A stretch of 64,000 bases of DNA from Candidatus Bruticola sp. Lineage in GTDB: Bacteria > Vulcanimicrobiota > Xenobia > Xenobiales > Xenobiaceae. Each line of letters begins with the position of its first letter. The stretch's first letter is position 1. Location: contig JBJEGD010000003.1 in NCBI GenBank assembly GCA_051874735.1, forward strand, positions 1-64,000, in the 5' to 3' direction. Below, piece by piece: positions 31,103 to 41,046 of the stretch. The notes under the pieces are model-generated. The model had not been told where the DNA came from and searched no databases. It saw only the letters and a program-made list of their open reading frames with translations. The position numbers and the translations under genes were made by a program.

Positions 31103-31657
31103 ATGTTATATTCTCAAGAGCACGATGACAGTGTAAAACTGGGCCGCATTATCTATTCTGAATCAGAAATTCAAGAACGTGTCAAAGAGTTAGCGGCCCA
31201 GATTAGCCGCGATTACGCCGGATCTCCGGTCCATCTGCTGGCCGTTTTGCGCGGAGCTATTCCTTTTTTAGCTGATCTTTCCCGATATTTAACCCTAGAT
31301 GTAACTTTCGATTTCCTCAGCGTAGTACGCGACAAAAAAACTAATCATGTTCGTTTGCTGAAAGACTTGGACAGCCTAGTAGAGGGGCGTCACATTCTTA
31401 TAGTAGAAGACATTATCAACGAAGGAGAGACTCTCAACTATCTAGTAAGAACTCTCTCTTTGCGCGATCCGAAAAGCATCAAGATCGTAACTATGTTCGA
31501 TAGACCTAAACGACATAGTCCCAATATAGAAGCCAACTATGTAGGTTTTTGTTTGGAAGATCAGTTTGTAGTCGGCTACGGTCTAGACTACCAGCAGCAT
31601 TATCGCAACCTACCCTGCCTGGCTGAACTCAAGATCTTGAATCCTGATAAAAAATAA
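31103..31657 (+). CDS. Hypoxanthine phosphoribosyltransferase-like protein with degenerate motifs
   Basis: HPRT fold (FVVGYGLDY..YRNLP), but the PRPP loop reads VEDIINEGETL and loop II SY is missing. Confidence 0.8.
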   Translation: MLYSQEHDDSVKLGRIIYSESEIQERVKELAAQISRDYAGSPVHLLAVLRGAIPFLADLSRYLTLDVTFDFLSVVRDKKTNHVRLLKDLDSLVEGRHILIVEDIINEGETLNYLVRTLSLRDPKSIKIVTMFDRPKRHSPNIEANYVGFCLEDQFVVGYGLDYQQHYRNLPCLAELKILNPDKK

Positions 31658-31808
31658 ACGACGGTCGACAGTTTTACCTGACGCGATTATTCTTGCCATA
31701 CAGCCTGTTTTTAGGTTAGTATACAAGGCGCAGGCCGTTTAGTGTTTGCTTAGCAGCCGAAACGCCATTTTCAAAATTCGGCTCGGAAAATTTCAAAGGA
31801 TATCTGCT

Positions 31809-33734
31809 TTGTCTAAATATTTCAGACAGTTATTTATATTTCTTATATTAGGCGGAATCATTTTACTGATTCTTGACTATGTCGGCGGCTCCAAAAATTC
31901 CGAAGATTTGAAGTTCAGTGAGTTCATCGACGCCGTCACCAACAACAAAGTCGCTTCAGTTACCATAAGAGGCGACGTCATTGAGGGGAAATACGCTTCT
32001 CCTCAGTCGGCTTCTGACGCCAATTTAGCTTCAGTGGGTCGCACTTTCACAGAGTTTAGAACTAAGTTCCGCTCTACCGTAACTCCCTCTCCTGAAGAAT
32101 TGCTTATCAAGCACAAAGTAAAAGTTACCATTGAAGAAGATAGCTGGAGCGATTGGTGGATGATTATCTTCAACGTTCTGCCGCTATTTATCCTAATTTT
32201 CTTCTTCATTATGATTAGCCGTCAAGCTTCTGGGGCTAACCAAGGATTTGGTTTCGGACGTTCCAAGCACAAGGCCGTCGCCAGCGACGCTATCACAGTC
32301 AATTTTAACGATGTAGCCGGCGTGGAAGAGGCTAAGGAAGAGCTGGAAGAGATTGTCGATTATTTAAAATATCCTTCCAAATACAAGGCTTTAGGGGCCC
32401 GCATTCCTAAAGGCGTCTTGCTGCTGGGCAGTCCTGGTACAGGAAAGACGCTTTTAGGTCGCGCGGTTGCTGGCGAAGCTGGTGTTCCTTTCTACTATAT
32501 CAGCGGCTCAGACTTTGTAGAGATGTTTGTGGGCGTGGGTGCATCCCGAGTGCGCGATCTCTTTGAACAAGCCAAAAAAACAGCTCCCTGCATTGTTTTT
32601 ATGGACGAAATAGATGCCGTAGGTCGCCAGCGCGGTACCGGTTTAGGTGGAGGCCACGATGAGCGAGAGCAAACTCTAAACCAACTTTTAGTAGAAATGG
32701 ACGGCTTTGACAGTACCCCCAGCGCTTCTCCAGTTATAGTGTTGGCTGCTACGAATCGTCCAGACGTCCTTGATCCTGCTCTTCTCCGTCCTGGCCGCTT
32801 CGATAGACAAGTAATAGTAGATCGTCCTGACATTGCTGGACGCACCGCTATCTTGAAAGTTCACAGCCGAGGCAAGCCACTCGATGAAAAAGTTGATTTA
32901 CGTGATTTAGCTCAGCGCACTCCTGGTTTTTCCGGCGCCGACTTAGAGAATTTGCTCAATGAAGCGGCTCTGCTGGCGGCCCGCCGTCAAGAGGAAGTTA
33001 TCACCATGGCCGATTGCACAGAGGCTATCGATCGCGTTATGATGGGACCAGAGCGCAAGAGTCGCATAATTTCCGATAAAGACAGGAGAGTAACGGCCTA
33101 TCATGAAGGCGGTCACGCCTTGGTCGCCAGATACATTCCTCAAGCTGACCCAGTTCGCAAAATCACCATTTTGCCACGTGGCCAAGCTTTGGGTGTTACT
33201 TCTATAGTTCCAGAACAAGACCGATATAATAAAACGCGTTCAGAGATGCTGGCTAGTTTAGCTGTATTTATGGGCGGTCGTGTAGCAGAAGAGGTAGTTT
33301 TCGGAGAGATTACCACTGGTGCTTCCAGTGATATTGAGAAAGCTACCGAAATAGCTCGTGATATGGTCTGCCGCTTCGGTATGAGCGACCGTATAGGTCC
33401 GGTTAACTACGTACATGAACATGGTGAAGTATTTTTAGGACGCGATATTAGTGAGCATCGCAATTACTCTGAGAGTACTTCTCAAGCCATCGACGCCGAA
33501 GTTCGCCGTTTACTGACTGAAGCTTATGAAAGGGCCAGAAGCATCTTGCAGGAACATCGGCAAAATTTAGATAAGCTGACCGATCTGCTCATGGAAAAAG
33601 AACTGATCGAAGCGGCAGAACTCGATGAGCTTTTGGGTCCTTCAGCCCGCGATCTTCTTAAGAAAAAAGAAGAGAAACCAGTTTCAGAGGCAGAATCTGA
33701 ACAGCAAACTTCTTCTGACGTAAAAGAAGATTAA
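31809..33734 (+). CDS. ftsH: ATP-dependent zinc metalloprotease FtsH
   Basis: Two TMs, [23 protein letters not shown] and HEGGH. TTG at 31809 has an AAAGGA RBS. Confidence 0.97.
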   Translation: MSKYFRQLFIFLILGGIILLILDYVGGSKNSEDLKFSEFIDAVTNNKVASVTIRGDVIEGKYASPQSASDANLASVGRTFTEFRTKFRSTVTPSPEELLIKHKVKVTIEEDSWSDWWMIIFNVLPLFILIFFFIMISRQASGANQGFGFGRSKHKAVASDAITVNFNDVAGVEEAKEELEEIVDYLKYPSKYKALGARIPKGVLLLGSPGTGKTLLGRAVAGEAGVPFYYISGSDFVEMFVGVGASRVRDLFEQAKKTAPCIVFMDEIDAVGRQRGTGLGGGHDEREQTLNQLLVEMDGFDSTPSASPVIVLAATNRPDVLDPALLRPGRFDRQVIVDRPDIAGRTAILKVHSRGKPLDEKVDLRDLAQRTPGFSGADLENLLNEAALLAARRQEEVITMADCTEAIDRVMMGPERKSRIISDKDRRVTAYHEGGHALVARYIPQADPVRKITILPRGQALGVTSIVPEQDRYNKTRSEMLASLAVFMGGRVAEEVVFGEITTGASSDIEKATEIARDMVCRFGMSDRIGPVNYVHEHGEVFLGRDISEHRNYSESTSQAIDAEVRRLLTEAYERARSILQEHRQNLDKLTDLLMEKELIEAAELDELLGPSARDLLKKKEEKPVSEAESEQQTSSDVKED

Positions 33735-33929
33735 GGGCAACTTTATACAGCAGTTTTTCCCTGCTGTTGGTTTCACAGAGCGCTGGCTCTGAAATGTTGA
33801 CAAAATAATCGAACATCAACCTCGTACAACTACGTTGGTGCGGTGAGTGTTTTGGGTTCAGAGTCATGAGTACTTTGAGCCCAAAACTATATATGACATA
33901 AAATATTAACTGAGGCTTGCTAAACAAAT

Positions 33930-34847
33930 ATGGACAGTTCGTCAAACAGCGACATCTTATATTCTGAAGTTCCAAAGCAGAGTCACAGCTCTAATTCGGA
34001 TTCGTCTGCCTCTAAAAAGTCAGAATCCTTCCACGATAAAAACCGATCTCATCAAAGCGAAGATGATCTGCCAGCTCCAGCAAATTACCATTTAAAGGCG
34101 ATCCCTGGTTCTCTGTCGCAGGAAAGTACTCAAGAACGTATTTTAAACGCAGTCAAAACTATCAGTCAAAAATCTGAGAATTTTACCTCTGATTCAGATA
34201 CCGATATTCCCAATGCCCCTAAATCACAGCCAACTATAACTCTGCTGCCGCAAAAAGATGCAGTATCTCCCAACTCCAACCTAGCGTCTCAATCTGATGA
34301 TGGTAAAAATTATACTGCTGATCGCCAATTAAATTCCTCACTAGGTGAAGACAGCGGGGTCTATTCTCATACGATGTTAACAGCCATAGCTTCTCCCTCC
34401 AAAGTTTTTCCCAAAGTCGGAGGTAAGCATATCTTAGTTGCTCCTACCAAGACAAAAAAAACTAGTATATTTAAGTCAAACTCACTAGCTGCGGCTAAGG
34501 ATGCCAACCAAGGAAAAGTACTTCATATATCTGCCAAGCTTAAGTCTGTTGGCGCTGACGATCCTTACAAGTCAGAATATTATTTAAGCGCTTTTCTGTC
34601 AGTAATTTTCATAATATTTACTTTTTTATGCATAGCTACATGTTGCCTAACCTTCTTGTGGCCAGAACATTTAGCACGCCTAAATTTAAATTTTGATACT
34701 GCCAGCCACATTTTACTGGCCGAAATAGCTGTTCTACTTCTAAGCAGCAGCTTCCAAAGTAAGTTTTCCTCAGGTTTCAGAAGAGCTAATTTTTTATGTG
34801 GTCTTCTGGTTGCAGCCGAAATGATGATCGTACTGTATTTTTCCTGA
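33930..34847 (+). CDS. Hypothetical membrane protein with a disordered Ser-rich N-terminus and 3 C-terminal TMs
   Basis: 305-aa ORF with a low-complexity N-terminus and hydrophobic C-terminus. Confidence 0.7.
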   Translation: MDSSSNSDILYSEVPKQSHSSNSDSSASKKSESFHDKNRSHQSEDDLPAPANYHLKAIPGSLSQESTQERILNAVKTISQKSENFTSDSDTDIPNAPKSQPTITLLPQKDAVSPNSNLASQSDDGKNYTADRQLNSSLGEDSGVYSHTMLTAIASPSKVFPKVGGKHILVAPTKTKKTSIFKSNSLAAAKDANQGKVLHISAKLKSVGADDPYKSEYYLSAFLSVIFIIFTFLCIATCCLTFLWPEHLARLNLNFDTASHILLAEIAVLLLSSSFQSKFSSGFRRANFLCGLLVAAEMMIVLYFS

Positions 34848-34863
34848 AATTTAAATGTTATAA

Positions 34864-35475
34864 ATGAGAAAGGTACATATTACCGTGAGCTTAATCAGTA
34901 AGCAAGAAGAATCCCAACCAGCCAATGTTCATCCTCTAGCTAAAAACATAGACAAAGTGCTTGTTCCTACAGAGATTATCTATAAACGCATTGAGCGCAT
35001 GGGTGAGCAGATCTCTAAAGATTATGCCGGCAAAAATCTAGTTATCATAGGCGTGCTTAAAGGGGCGCTCCCCTTTATGGCAGCTCTTATAAAATGTATC
35101 ACCGTACCTATGGTCATAGACTTTGTGGCTCTTTCTTCTTACGAGGGCGGCACCTCTTCTACTGGAGTTGTCCGCTTTCAAAAAGATGTAGAAGAGCCTT
35201 TGGAAGGGCAGCATGTCCTGGTAGTGGAAGATATCGTCGACACAGGCTTAACCTTACATTACTTACTTAAAACTCTCAAGCTGCGCAATCCTAAAAGTTT
35301 AGAGGTATGCTGTTTGATAAGCAAACCGTCCCGCCGTAAAATTGACATCGATGTAAAATATTTAGGTTTTACTATTCCTGATAGATTTATTGTCGGTTTC
35401 GGCATGGATTATCAAGAGCGTTACCGCAACCTCGACTATATAGGTGTTCTTTCCCCCGCTGCAATTACTCCCTAA
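34864..35475 (+). CDS. hpt: Hypoxanthine phosphoribosyltransferase
   Basis: Canonical VLKGA, SSY..GTSSTG, VVEDIVDTGLT and FIVGFGMDY motifs. Confidence 0.93.
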   Translation: MRKVHITVSLISKQEESQPANVHPLAKNIDKVLVPTEIIYKRIERMGEQISKDYAGKNLVIIGVLKGALPFMAALIKCITVPMVIDFVALSSYEGGTSSTGVVRFQKDVEEPLEGQHVLVVEDIVDTGLTLHYLLKTLKLRNPKSLEVCCLISKPSRRKIDIDVKYLGFTIPDRFIVGFGMDYQERYRNLDYIGVLSPAAITP

Positions 35476-35499
35476 ATTTATTTTGTTGAGGAGGCCTTT

Positions 35500-36207
35500 A
35501 TGTTTTTAAGCAGTCAACTCCTGAAAATGCAGGATCTAGACGACAAAATTGATGAGTTGAACAGAGAGATTGCCGTCATAGAGGCCTCTACAGCCCACTG
35601 GATCCCGGTTAGAGAGCTTCAGATTAAACGTCAAGCTGTGCAACAGCAGCTTGAAACTTTAATATCGGAAACTGATGAACTCTCTATTCAGGAGGAACAG
35701 CTGCAGAGAAAAAAACAAAAGCTGCACAACAAACTTTATAGCGGTACTACTAGCAGCATTAAGGAACTAAATAACATAGAAAGAGAGCTTAAAGAAACGG
35801 AAGCTAAGCTTTCTCCTCTCTGTGAGATTGTGGTCAGTAATATCGATGAATCAGACAAACTGCTTCAACAAGTTAGGGATATTGATAAAGAACTTGAACC
35901 TAAGGAACGCGAAGCTAAGCAATATAGTGCCCATTTGCAGCGTAAGATAGCGGCCTCCCGAGCCAATATTGAAAAGCTGCAGCAACAACGCCCGCAAGTG
36001 CTTGGAGAATTGCCCACAGAGGCTCGCAGCGCCTACTGTAGGCTTTATAACAGCCGAAACACCCCAGCAGTCTCTATTTTAGAGAACAGAATTTGCAATA
36101 TTTGCCGCGCCCGAGTTCCTGAGCATAAACTCAATGCCATTTATCAAAATCAACTTACTTTCTGTGAAAGCTGTGGCCGTATCTTGGCTATCCGACGTTC
36201 CTCCTAA
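35500..36207 (+). CDS. Coiled-coil + C4 zinc ribbon protein (DUF164/CT398-like)
   Basis: Long coiled coil followed by CxxC...CESCGRIL. Confidence 0.85.
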   Translation: MFLSSQLLKMQDLDDKIDELNREIAVIEASTAHWIPVRELQIKRQAVQQQLETLISETDELSIQEEQLQRKKQKLHNKLYSGTTSSIKELNNIERELKETEAKLSPLCEIVVSNIDESDKLLQQVRDIDKELEPKEREAKQYSAHLQRKIAASRANIEKLQQQRPQVLGELPTEARSAYCRLYNSRNTPAVSILENRICNICRARVPEHKLNAIYQNQLTFCESCGRILAIRRSS

Positions 36208-36233
36208 ATTTATGTAAACTAAAATAGCCAATA

Positions 36234-36276
36234 TAAAGGCCCGGCACCCCTATATGACAAGAGCGCCGGGCCTTTA
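36234..36276. terminator. Terminator-like hairpin between convergent genes
   Basis: taaaggcccggc ... gccgggccttta 12-bp inverted repeat. Confidence 0.6.
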
Positions 36277-36304
36277 GGTTAGACATAACTTTATGGAAAA
36301 AAAA

Positions 36305-37132
36305 TTACCAAACAGGAGGAAAAGGCGGCAAGCTTTCTGCTTTTTCAGCGACAGGAGCTGCCGGTATCTGCTTGACTTGAGGCTTAACGACAACAGCACT
36401 TACTTCTTGAGTAGGCTTAGTGTCGGGGCCTAACTCTAAAATAAAATAGTGTCCCTCTACACCAAAACCTGTAAACCGGGCATTGACATTTATAGGAACC
36501 TTAGGCCACGGATTTATTACCACATAATCATCAGTTATCTTAACTACACCACGCAGTCCTTCAATACTCCCCAACTTTTGCTGAGCGAAAGACATAATCA
36601 AACGGCGCACCATGGCGGGCAAAGGCAGCATATCGGCAGCCCAAAAGTTCTTGAAGACTATTTTTAAACTATTGTCAGGAGTCGGACTGAAACGCAATTC
36701 GATAGAAAAAGGGAAATTAAGAATTTTACGCACTTCACCGCGAATTGTGACCATCTCATCGTCAAACACAAGACGCAGGCCACGAACTTCCACAGGAGCA
36801 TTGCGTTTTAATTCGGCTAAAAAGGCCGGGCTGCTCAGAAAGGAATTAATTAAATCGGCATTCATGCGCACTACTAAGCTCTCAATATCGAGCTTTATAG
36901 CTTTAAGCATTTCTTCAGAAGTTAAGCCTAATTTAATATTGCTTACTTTCAAAGCTAAATCGTCGACGCGTACGCCTTCTAAAGTTCCTGAAGCAATACT
37001 GGCATTGCGGGCTTTAATTCTAAAAGCATAGCTGCCCGCCTGCTCCTCTAAGGAAACGGAAGCCCCTCCTAAACCAAACGCATTGACGTTGTTAACAAAC
37101 AGAGAAACAATCTCTTGTAAGCCCAGTTTCAT
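36305..37132 (-). CDS. Hypothetical protein, possibly a DUF2993/LmeA-like lipid-binding fold
   Basis: 275-aa beta-rich ORF. The fold guess is weak. Confidence 0.6.
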   Translation of the reverse strand: MKLGLQEIVSLFVNNVNAFGLGGASVSLEEQAGSYAFRIKARNASIASGTLEGVRVDDLALKVSNIKLGLTSEEMLKAIKLDIESLVVRMNADLINSFLSSPAFLAELKRNAPVEVRGLRLVFDDEMVTIRGEVRKILNFPFSIELRFSPTPDNSLKIVFKNFWAADMLPLPAMVRRLIMSFAQQKLGSIEGLRGVVKITDDYVVINPWPKVPINVNARFTGFGVEGHYFILELGPDTKPTQEVSAVVVKPQVKQIPAAPVAEKAESLPPFPPVW

Positions 37133-37139
37133 ATTTTAA

Positions 37140-37487
37140 TTAAGCCACCTTATTGCCAGAATCGTCCTTCTTTGTTTCTGCTCCAGATGAATTCTTTCCT
37201 TCAGTTGATGAAGCAGCGCTAGTTTCCGTTTTAATAGCTTTATCAGTTTCACTAGAACTATTTTCAGTAGTAGTATGATGGCTATGTTTATCAGTAGCAG
37301 AATTTCCATGCGGATTATCAGTTACATAAAAACCGCTACCTTTAAAAATAATTCCTACACTGGAAACTACTTTATGCATAGTTTCAGTGCCACAGTTAGG
37401 ACACGTAGTAAGAGGCGGATCACTAACATACTGCAATTCTTCCACTTCTTTATGACAATTACTGCAGCGGTAGACATATATAGGCAT
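37140..37487 (-). CDS. FmdB-family zinc ribbon protein
   Basis: MPIYVYRC..C...CPNCG...FKGSGFYVTD signature. Confidence 0.9.
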   Translation of the reverse strand: MPIYVYRCSNCHKEVEELQYVSDPPLTTCPNCGTETMHKVVSSVGIIFKGSGFYVTDNPHGNSATDKHSHHTTTENSSSETDKAIKTETSAASSTEGKNSSGAETKKDDSGNKVA

Positions 37488-37578
37488 AGTAAAAAGACCT
37501 CAAAAAACGTTTAAAATCTAAAATAGGAATGAGGTCAAGATCCTCATTCCACAACTACAAGTCTAAAGAAGAAAAAGC

Positions 37579-37848
37579 CTACTCCCCTTCAGCAGCCAGT
37601 TCGGCGTCTTGAGCTATCATAACTTCAATAGAATGTTTGTTTACAGTGACAAAATCTGAAGTATGCAGCAAAGTATCCCCATGGGTACTGTAGATCTGTG
37701 CATTTGTTACAGCAATAAACTCACGGGCGCGAACGTTAAGCTCATCAGCGACCTTCGAGTCAGCAACCAAATAAATTTCACCTTCAATACGATGATTGTT
37801 AGTGTATATTAAAACTTGTTTGCGTTCTTTAGGAATGCGCAGCGACAT
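37579..37848 (-). CDS. Small conserved hypothetical protein (DUF6812-like)
   Basis: I-x-G-x-I-Y-L...D-x-L-N...F-I-A-V-T-N-A pattern with GAGG RBS. Confidence 0.7.
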   Translation of the reverse strand: MSLRIPKERKQVLIYTNNHRIEGEIYLVADSKVADELNVRAREFIAVTNAQIYSTHGDTLLHTSDFVTVNKHSIEVMIAQDAELAAEGE

Positions 37849-38095
37849 ATCTTCTTTATGACCTCACTTGCTGTGTAGAACTTGCCCCTGAATAAAATGT
37901 TCCTGAAAAACAGAGGGGAGCTTTAGCAAAACGTATAGGATAAACAATCTCCCTTCCCCTCCTGCAGGAGCCCCCCACAGTTATCCGCCCGTCTATTATA
38001 CTAAAGGAGCCCCTAATCCTCCTCAAGTCAGCTTCAAATACTGAGGAAAGAACAAAGGGCTCCTACAATTACCGTCTTAAGTAAAACAAAGCTTA

Positions 38096-39064
38096 TTAAG
38101 CAGGATTGACACAGTTAGGAACCGCTTCTTTGCCTTCAGCATAAATAGCGGCTAAACGAGCAGCCTCAAGACCAGTGGCTAACTCAGATTGTTCTGTAGA
38201 AGCACCAATATGATGTGAAGCATAGCAATGAGGATGTTTAGCTAAAGCACAATCAAAATCAGCAGTAGCTGTGCCGGGCTCGTTAGGAAGAACGTCTAAG
38301 CCGCAGCGCAATCCCTTCTCATCGAGGGCTTTCAAAAGTGCATCATTATCAACGATATCCGCGCGAGAAGTATTAATTAAAATAGCGCCAGGCTTCATAG
38401 CCTTGAGGAACTCTTCTCCGACCATTTTTCTGGTGGAGTCGAGCAAAGGTACATGGATAGAAACGATATCAGACTTAGCGGCCAACTCAAGCAAGTTCTC
38501 ACAGCGATCGATACCGAGCTCAGCGGCTAACTCGGAGGTCAAACAGACATCGTAGGCACAGACATTGACTTCAAAGCCTCGCAAACGCTTAATGAGCTCA
38601 CGACCAATCATACCGGTACCAATTAAACCGACCGTTTTACCCTTTAATCCCTGCGCCTTACCAAATTCTTTTTTGTTCCATTTGCCAGCGCGCAGCTGAG
38701 CTACACAATCGGGAATACGCCGTTCTAAAGAAAGTATCAGTCCCATAGCCAACTCAGCCACAGCTACAGAGTTCTTGCCGGGGCAGTTAACCACGCGAAC
38801 ATTATGTTCAGTAGCACAAGCTACATCGATGGTGTTTACGCCACTGCCGGCACGAATGACTAATCCCAATTTATCCGCAGCTTCAAAAACCGCCTTAGTT
38901 ACTTTAGTAGAACGAACTACTAAAATATCTATATCTTTAATATGAGCGGGCAATTCATCGGCAGTAATAGTCGGATTATTAATGACCTCGGCGCCTTCAA
39001 TAGCTTTAAATGCCTCAATAGCCACGGGATTAATTTTATCTGCTAACAGGATCTTCATAAACAA
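38096..39064 (-). CDS. D-3-phosphoglycerate dehydrogenase-like 2-hydroxyacid dehydrogenase (no ACT domain)
   Basis: VRS.TKV, RAGSGVNTID, GLIGTGMIG, INTSR and HIGASTE motifs. Confidence 0.88.
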   Translation of the reverse strand: MFMKILLADKINPVAIEAFKAIEGAEVINNPTITADELPAHIKDIDILVVRSTKVTKAVFEAADKLGLVIRAGSGVNTIDVACATEHNVRVVNCPGKNSVAVAELAMGLILSLERRIPDCVAQLRAGKWNKKEFGKAQGLKGKTVGLIGTGMIGRELIKRLRGFEVNVCAYDVCLTSELAAELGIDRCENLLELAAKSDIVSIHVPLLDSTRKMVGEEFLKAMKPGAILINTSRADIVDNDALLKALDEKGLRCGLDVLPNEPGTATADFDCALAKHPHCYASHHIGASTEQSELATGLEAARLAAIYAEGKEAVPNCVNPA

Positions 39065-39248
39065 AACCTTCCTATCCCCAACGGCTCGGCCCGCATAACC
39101 ATCCGGCCCCCGACAAAAGTCGGCGTTGGAGCAAATTTATTTCTGCAAATAGAACTAGAAACGGTCTACATCTTCCTGTAGTCGGCTTTTTTCTCCTGCT
39201 TTTTGCCAGTTATTAATGCACAAAAGCCTGCCTAACTGCAGATATTAG

Positions 39249-40964
39249 CTAAGGTAGACAAACTACTCTATCATCAGCTTCATTACTTAAGGGAGAAAGA
39301 CGTTTAATCGCTTCAACAAATAGGGGCTGAACAGGACCGAGCACACGTTTATCTTCAGCCTTTTTGAAAGCAGCCTTACGCGACATAGTCTCGTTGCTGA
39401 CAATTACGTACGAAGCTTGAGGATCTAAACTATCTCCGTTAGCTAAAGCCACTTTCACTAAACGGCTGCCCTCAGGACGTTTCTTATCATAAACATATTT
39501 TAAACCGCAGGGTACAGCTAATTCAGTAGCCTTGTCGCGCAAATCATCCTCAATTTCATCGAGAACCATCTGGCCAGTTACTTTCATAGTAACATAATTT
39601 TCTTCAGTAAAAGGCAAGGCGGAGTACACATCACGGTAGGTCACTTTTCCCTTAGGCAAACTGCCTCGCAAAGAGCGGGAATTGCAAATGCCAAAAACTG
39701 GCTTTTCTTTACCAGGCGCATCAAAACCGGGCTGAGTATCAGTTCTATTGATAGCGGCCTCTAAAATGGAGTCAGCATGAATTTGATTTAATTTTCCAGC
39801 CTCGCGGTGAAAGAACAAAATATCTTCATTAGCCTCAGCAACAATTTGATTGCCTATTTGATCAGCTTCTAGGCGGTAAGGTTTAAGAATTTCTTCCACT
39901 TCTGGATCGGGCTGAAGTTGGTTACAAATAACGGGCAGGAGCTTAGATTTAGCCTCTATCAGACGCCAATGGCCCGGCTTTCCCTCTAAATACAGCTTAA
40001 TTTCTCCTAAATATTTGGCTGCAAAGCCAGCTTGAGCAATTAAGGTTTTGCCAACAGTATGCCCTTCAGGCAAAACCGTATGGGAGTGAGCTCCCACTAT
40101 AACATCGATACCTGGAACTTTAGAAGCTAATTTTAAATCGTTCTCGTAGCCTATATGTGAAAGTACGATAACAATATCTGCTCCAGCTTCACGCATAATG
40201 GGCAGATAATATTTTACAGTCTTGGCCGATTTGCGAAAAACTAAATCATCAAGTTTTTTAGCAGCTACAAAATGTTTAATATCAGGAGTATCTAACCCCA
40301 AAATGCCGACCTTAACTCCTTCAATATTGACAAGGCGATAAGGCTGGGTTCCCTTCAAAGGCAGACCGTTAGAAAGATGCAAAATATTAGCCGCTACAAT
40401 TGGAGAATCGATAGCTTCTATCATATTGGATAAGGCCTCTTGTCCCCAAGCAAAATCGTGGTTACCTAAGGCTACAGCATCAAACTTCAAACTGTGCAGA
40501 GCCTTACAGTATCCTACACCACGACTCATATAAGAAAGCATACTACCTTCAGCTAAATCGCCACCATTGAGAAGCAAAGTAGACTGAGGATTTTGGGCTC
40601 GGCGCTGCTTAATAAGGGAAGCCAGCCAAGCTAAACCTCCGACCTTCGATTCGGCACTCATTTTAAGATCTACACCAGGATCGACGCTACCATGTACATC
40701 ATTTACATGCAAAATAGTTAATGTACGATCTTGAAGCAACTGCCCTTTTGGAGAAGCCTCTTTGACGGTAGCCTGCTGACAAGCTTTTTTGTTTGAGTTA
40801 CCTTTAGCTAATCTCTGGTTTACGGCCTTTGAAGCAGTTTGACATACATAGGGCTCAGCCGATTTACCCTCAATGGGAGCTGCCTGGACAGTTCCTACAC
40901 TCCAGCAACAGGCAAAAATTATTCCAGCGCTGAAAATTTTTCTCATCCATAGGTATTTGCTCAT
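39249..40964 (-). CDS. Secreted 5'-nucleotidase / bifunctional metallophosphatase
   Basis: Signal peptide, HVNDVHG, GD, GNHDF, SHIG, GAHSH and a C-terminal 5'-NT domain. Confidence 0.9.
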   Translation of the reverse strand: MSKYLWMRKIFSAGIIFACCWSVGTVQAAPIEGKSAEPYVCQTASKAVNQRLAKGNSNKKACQQATVKEASPKGQLLQDRTLTILHVNDVHGSVDPGVDLKMSAESKVGGLAWLASLIKQRRAQNPQSTLLLNGGDLAEGSMLSYMSRGVGYCKALHSLKFDAVALGNHDFAWGQEALSNMIEAIDSPIVAANILHLSNGLPLKGTQPYRLVNIEGVKVGILGLDTPDIKHFVAAKKLDDLVFRKSAKTVKYYLPIMREAGADIVIVLSHIGYENDLKLASKVPGIDVIVGAHSHTVLPEGHTVGKTLIAQAGFAAKYLGEIKLYLEGKPGHWRLIEAKSKLLPVICNQLQPDPEVEEILKPYRLEADQIGNQIVAEANEDILFFHREAGKLNQIHADSILEAAINRTDTQPGFDAPGKEKPVFGICNSRSLRGSLPKGKVTYRDVYSALPFTEENYVTMKVTGQMVLDEIEDDLRDKATELAVPCGLKYVYDKKRPEGSRLVKVALANGDSLDPQASYVIVSNETMSRKAAFKKAEDKRVLGPVQPLFVEAIKRLSPLSNEADDRVVCLP

Positions 40965-41046
40965 TGTTCAAAACCTCATTGTCTCAAAAAAAAGGACACA
41001 CCAAACAGCAGTGCGTCCTTAAATTAAAAGAAATAGTTAGAAAAAC

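Noticed and set aside
33735-33929. Hairpin-rich intergenic region after ftsH as 6S or another ncRNA
   Set aside because: Only local hairpins were seen (e.g. gttttgggttcagag...ctttgagcccaaaac), with no recognisable ncRNA consensus. Terminator-like structure is sufficient explanation.
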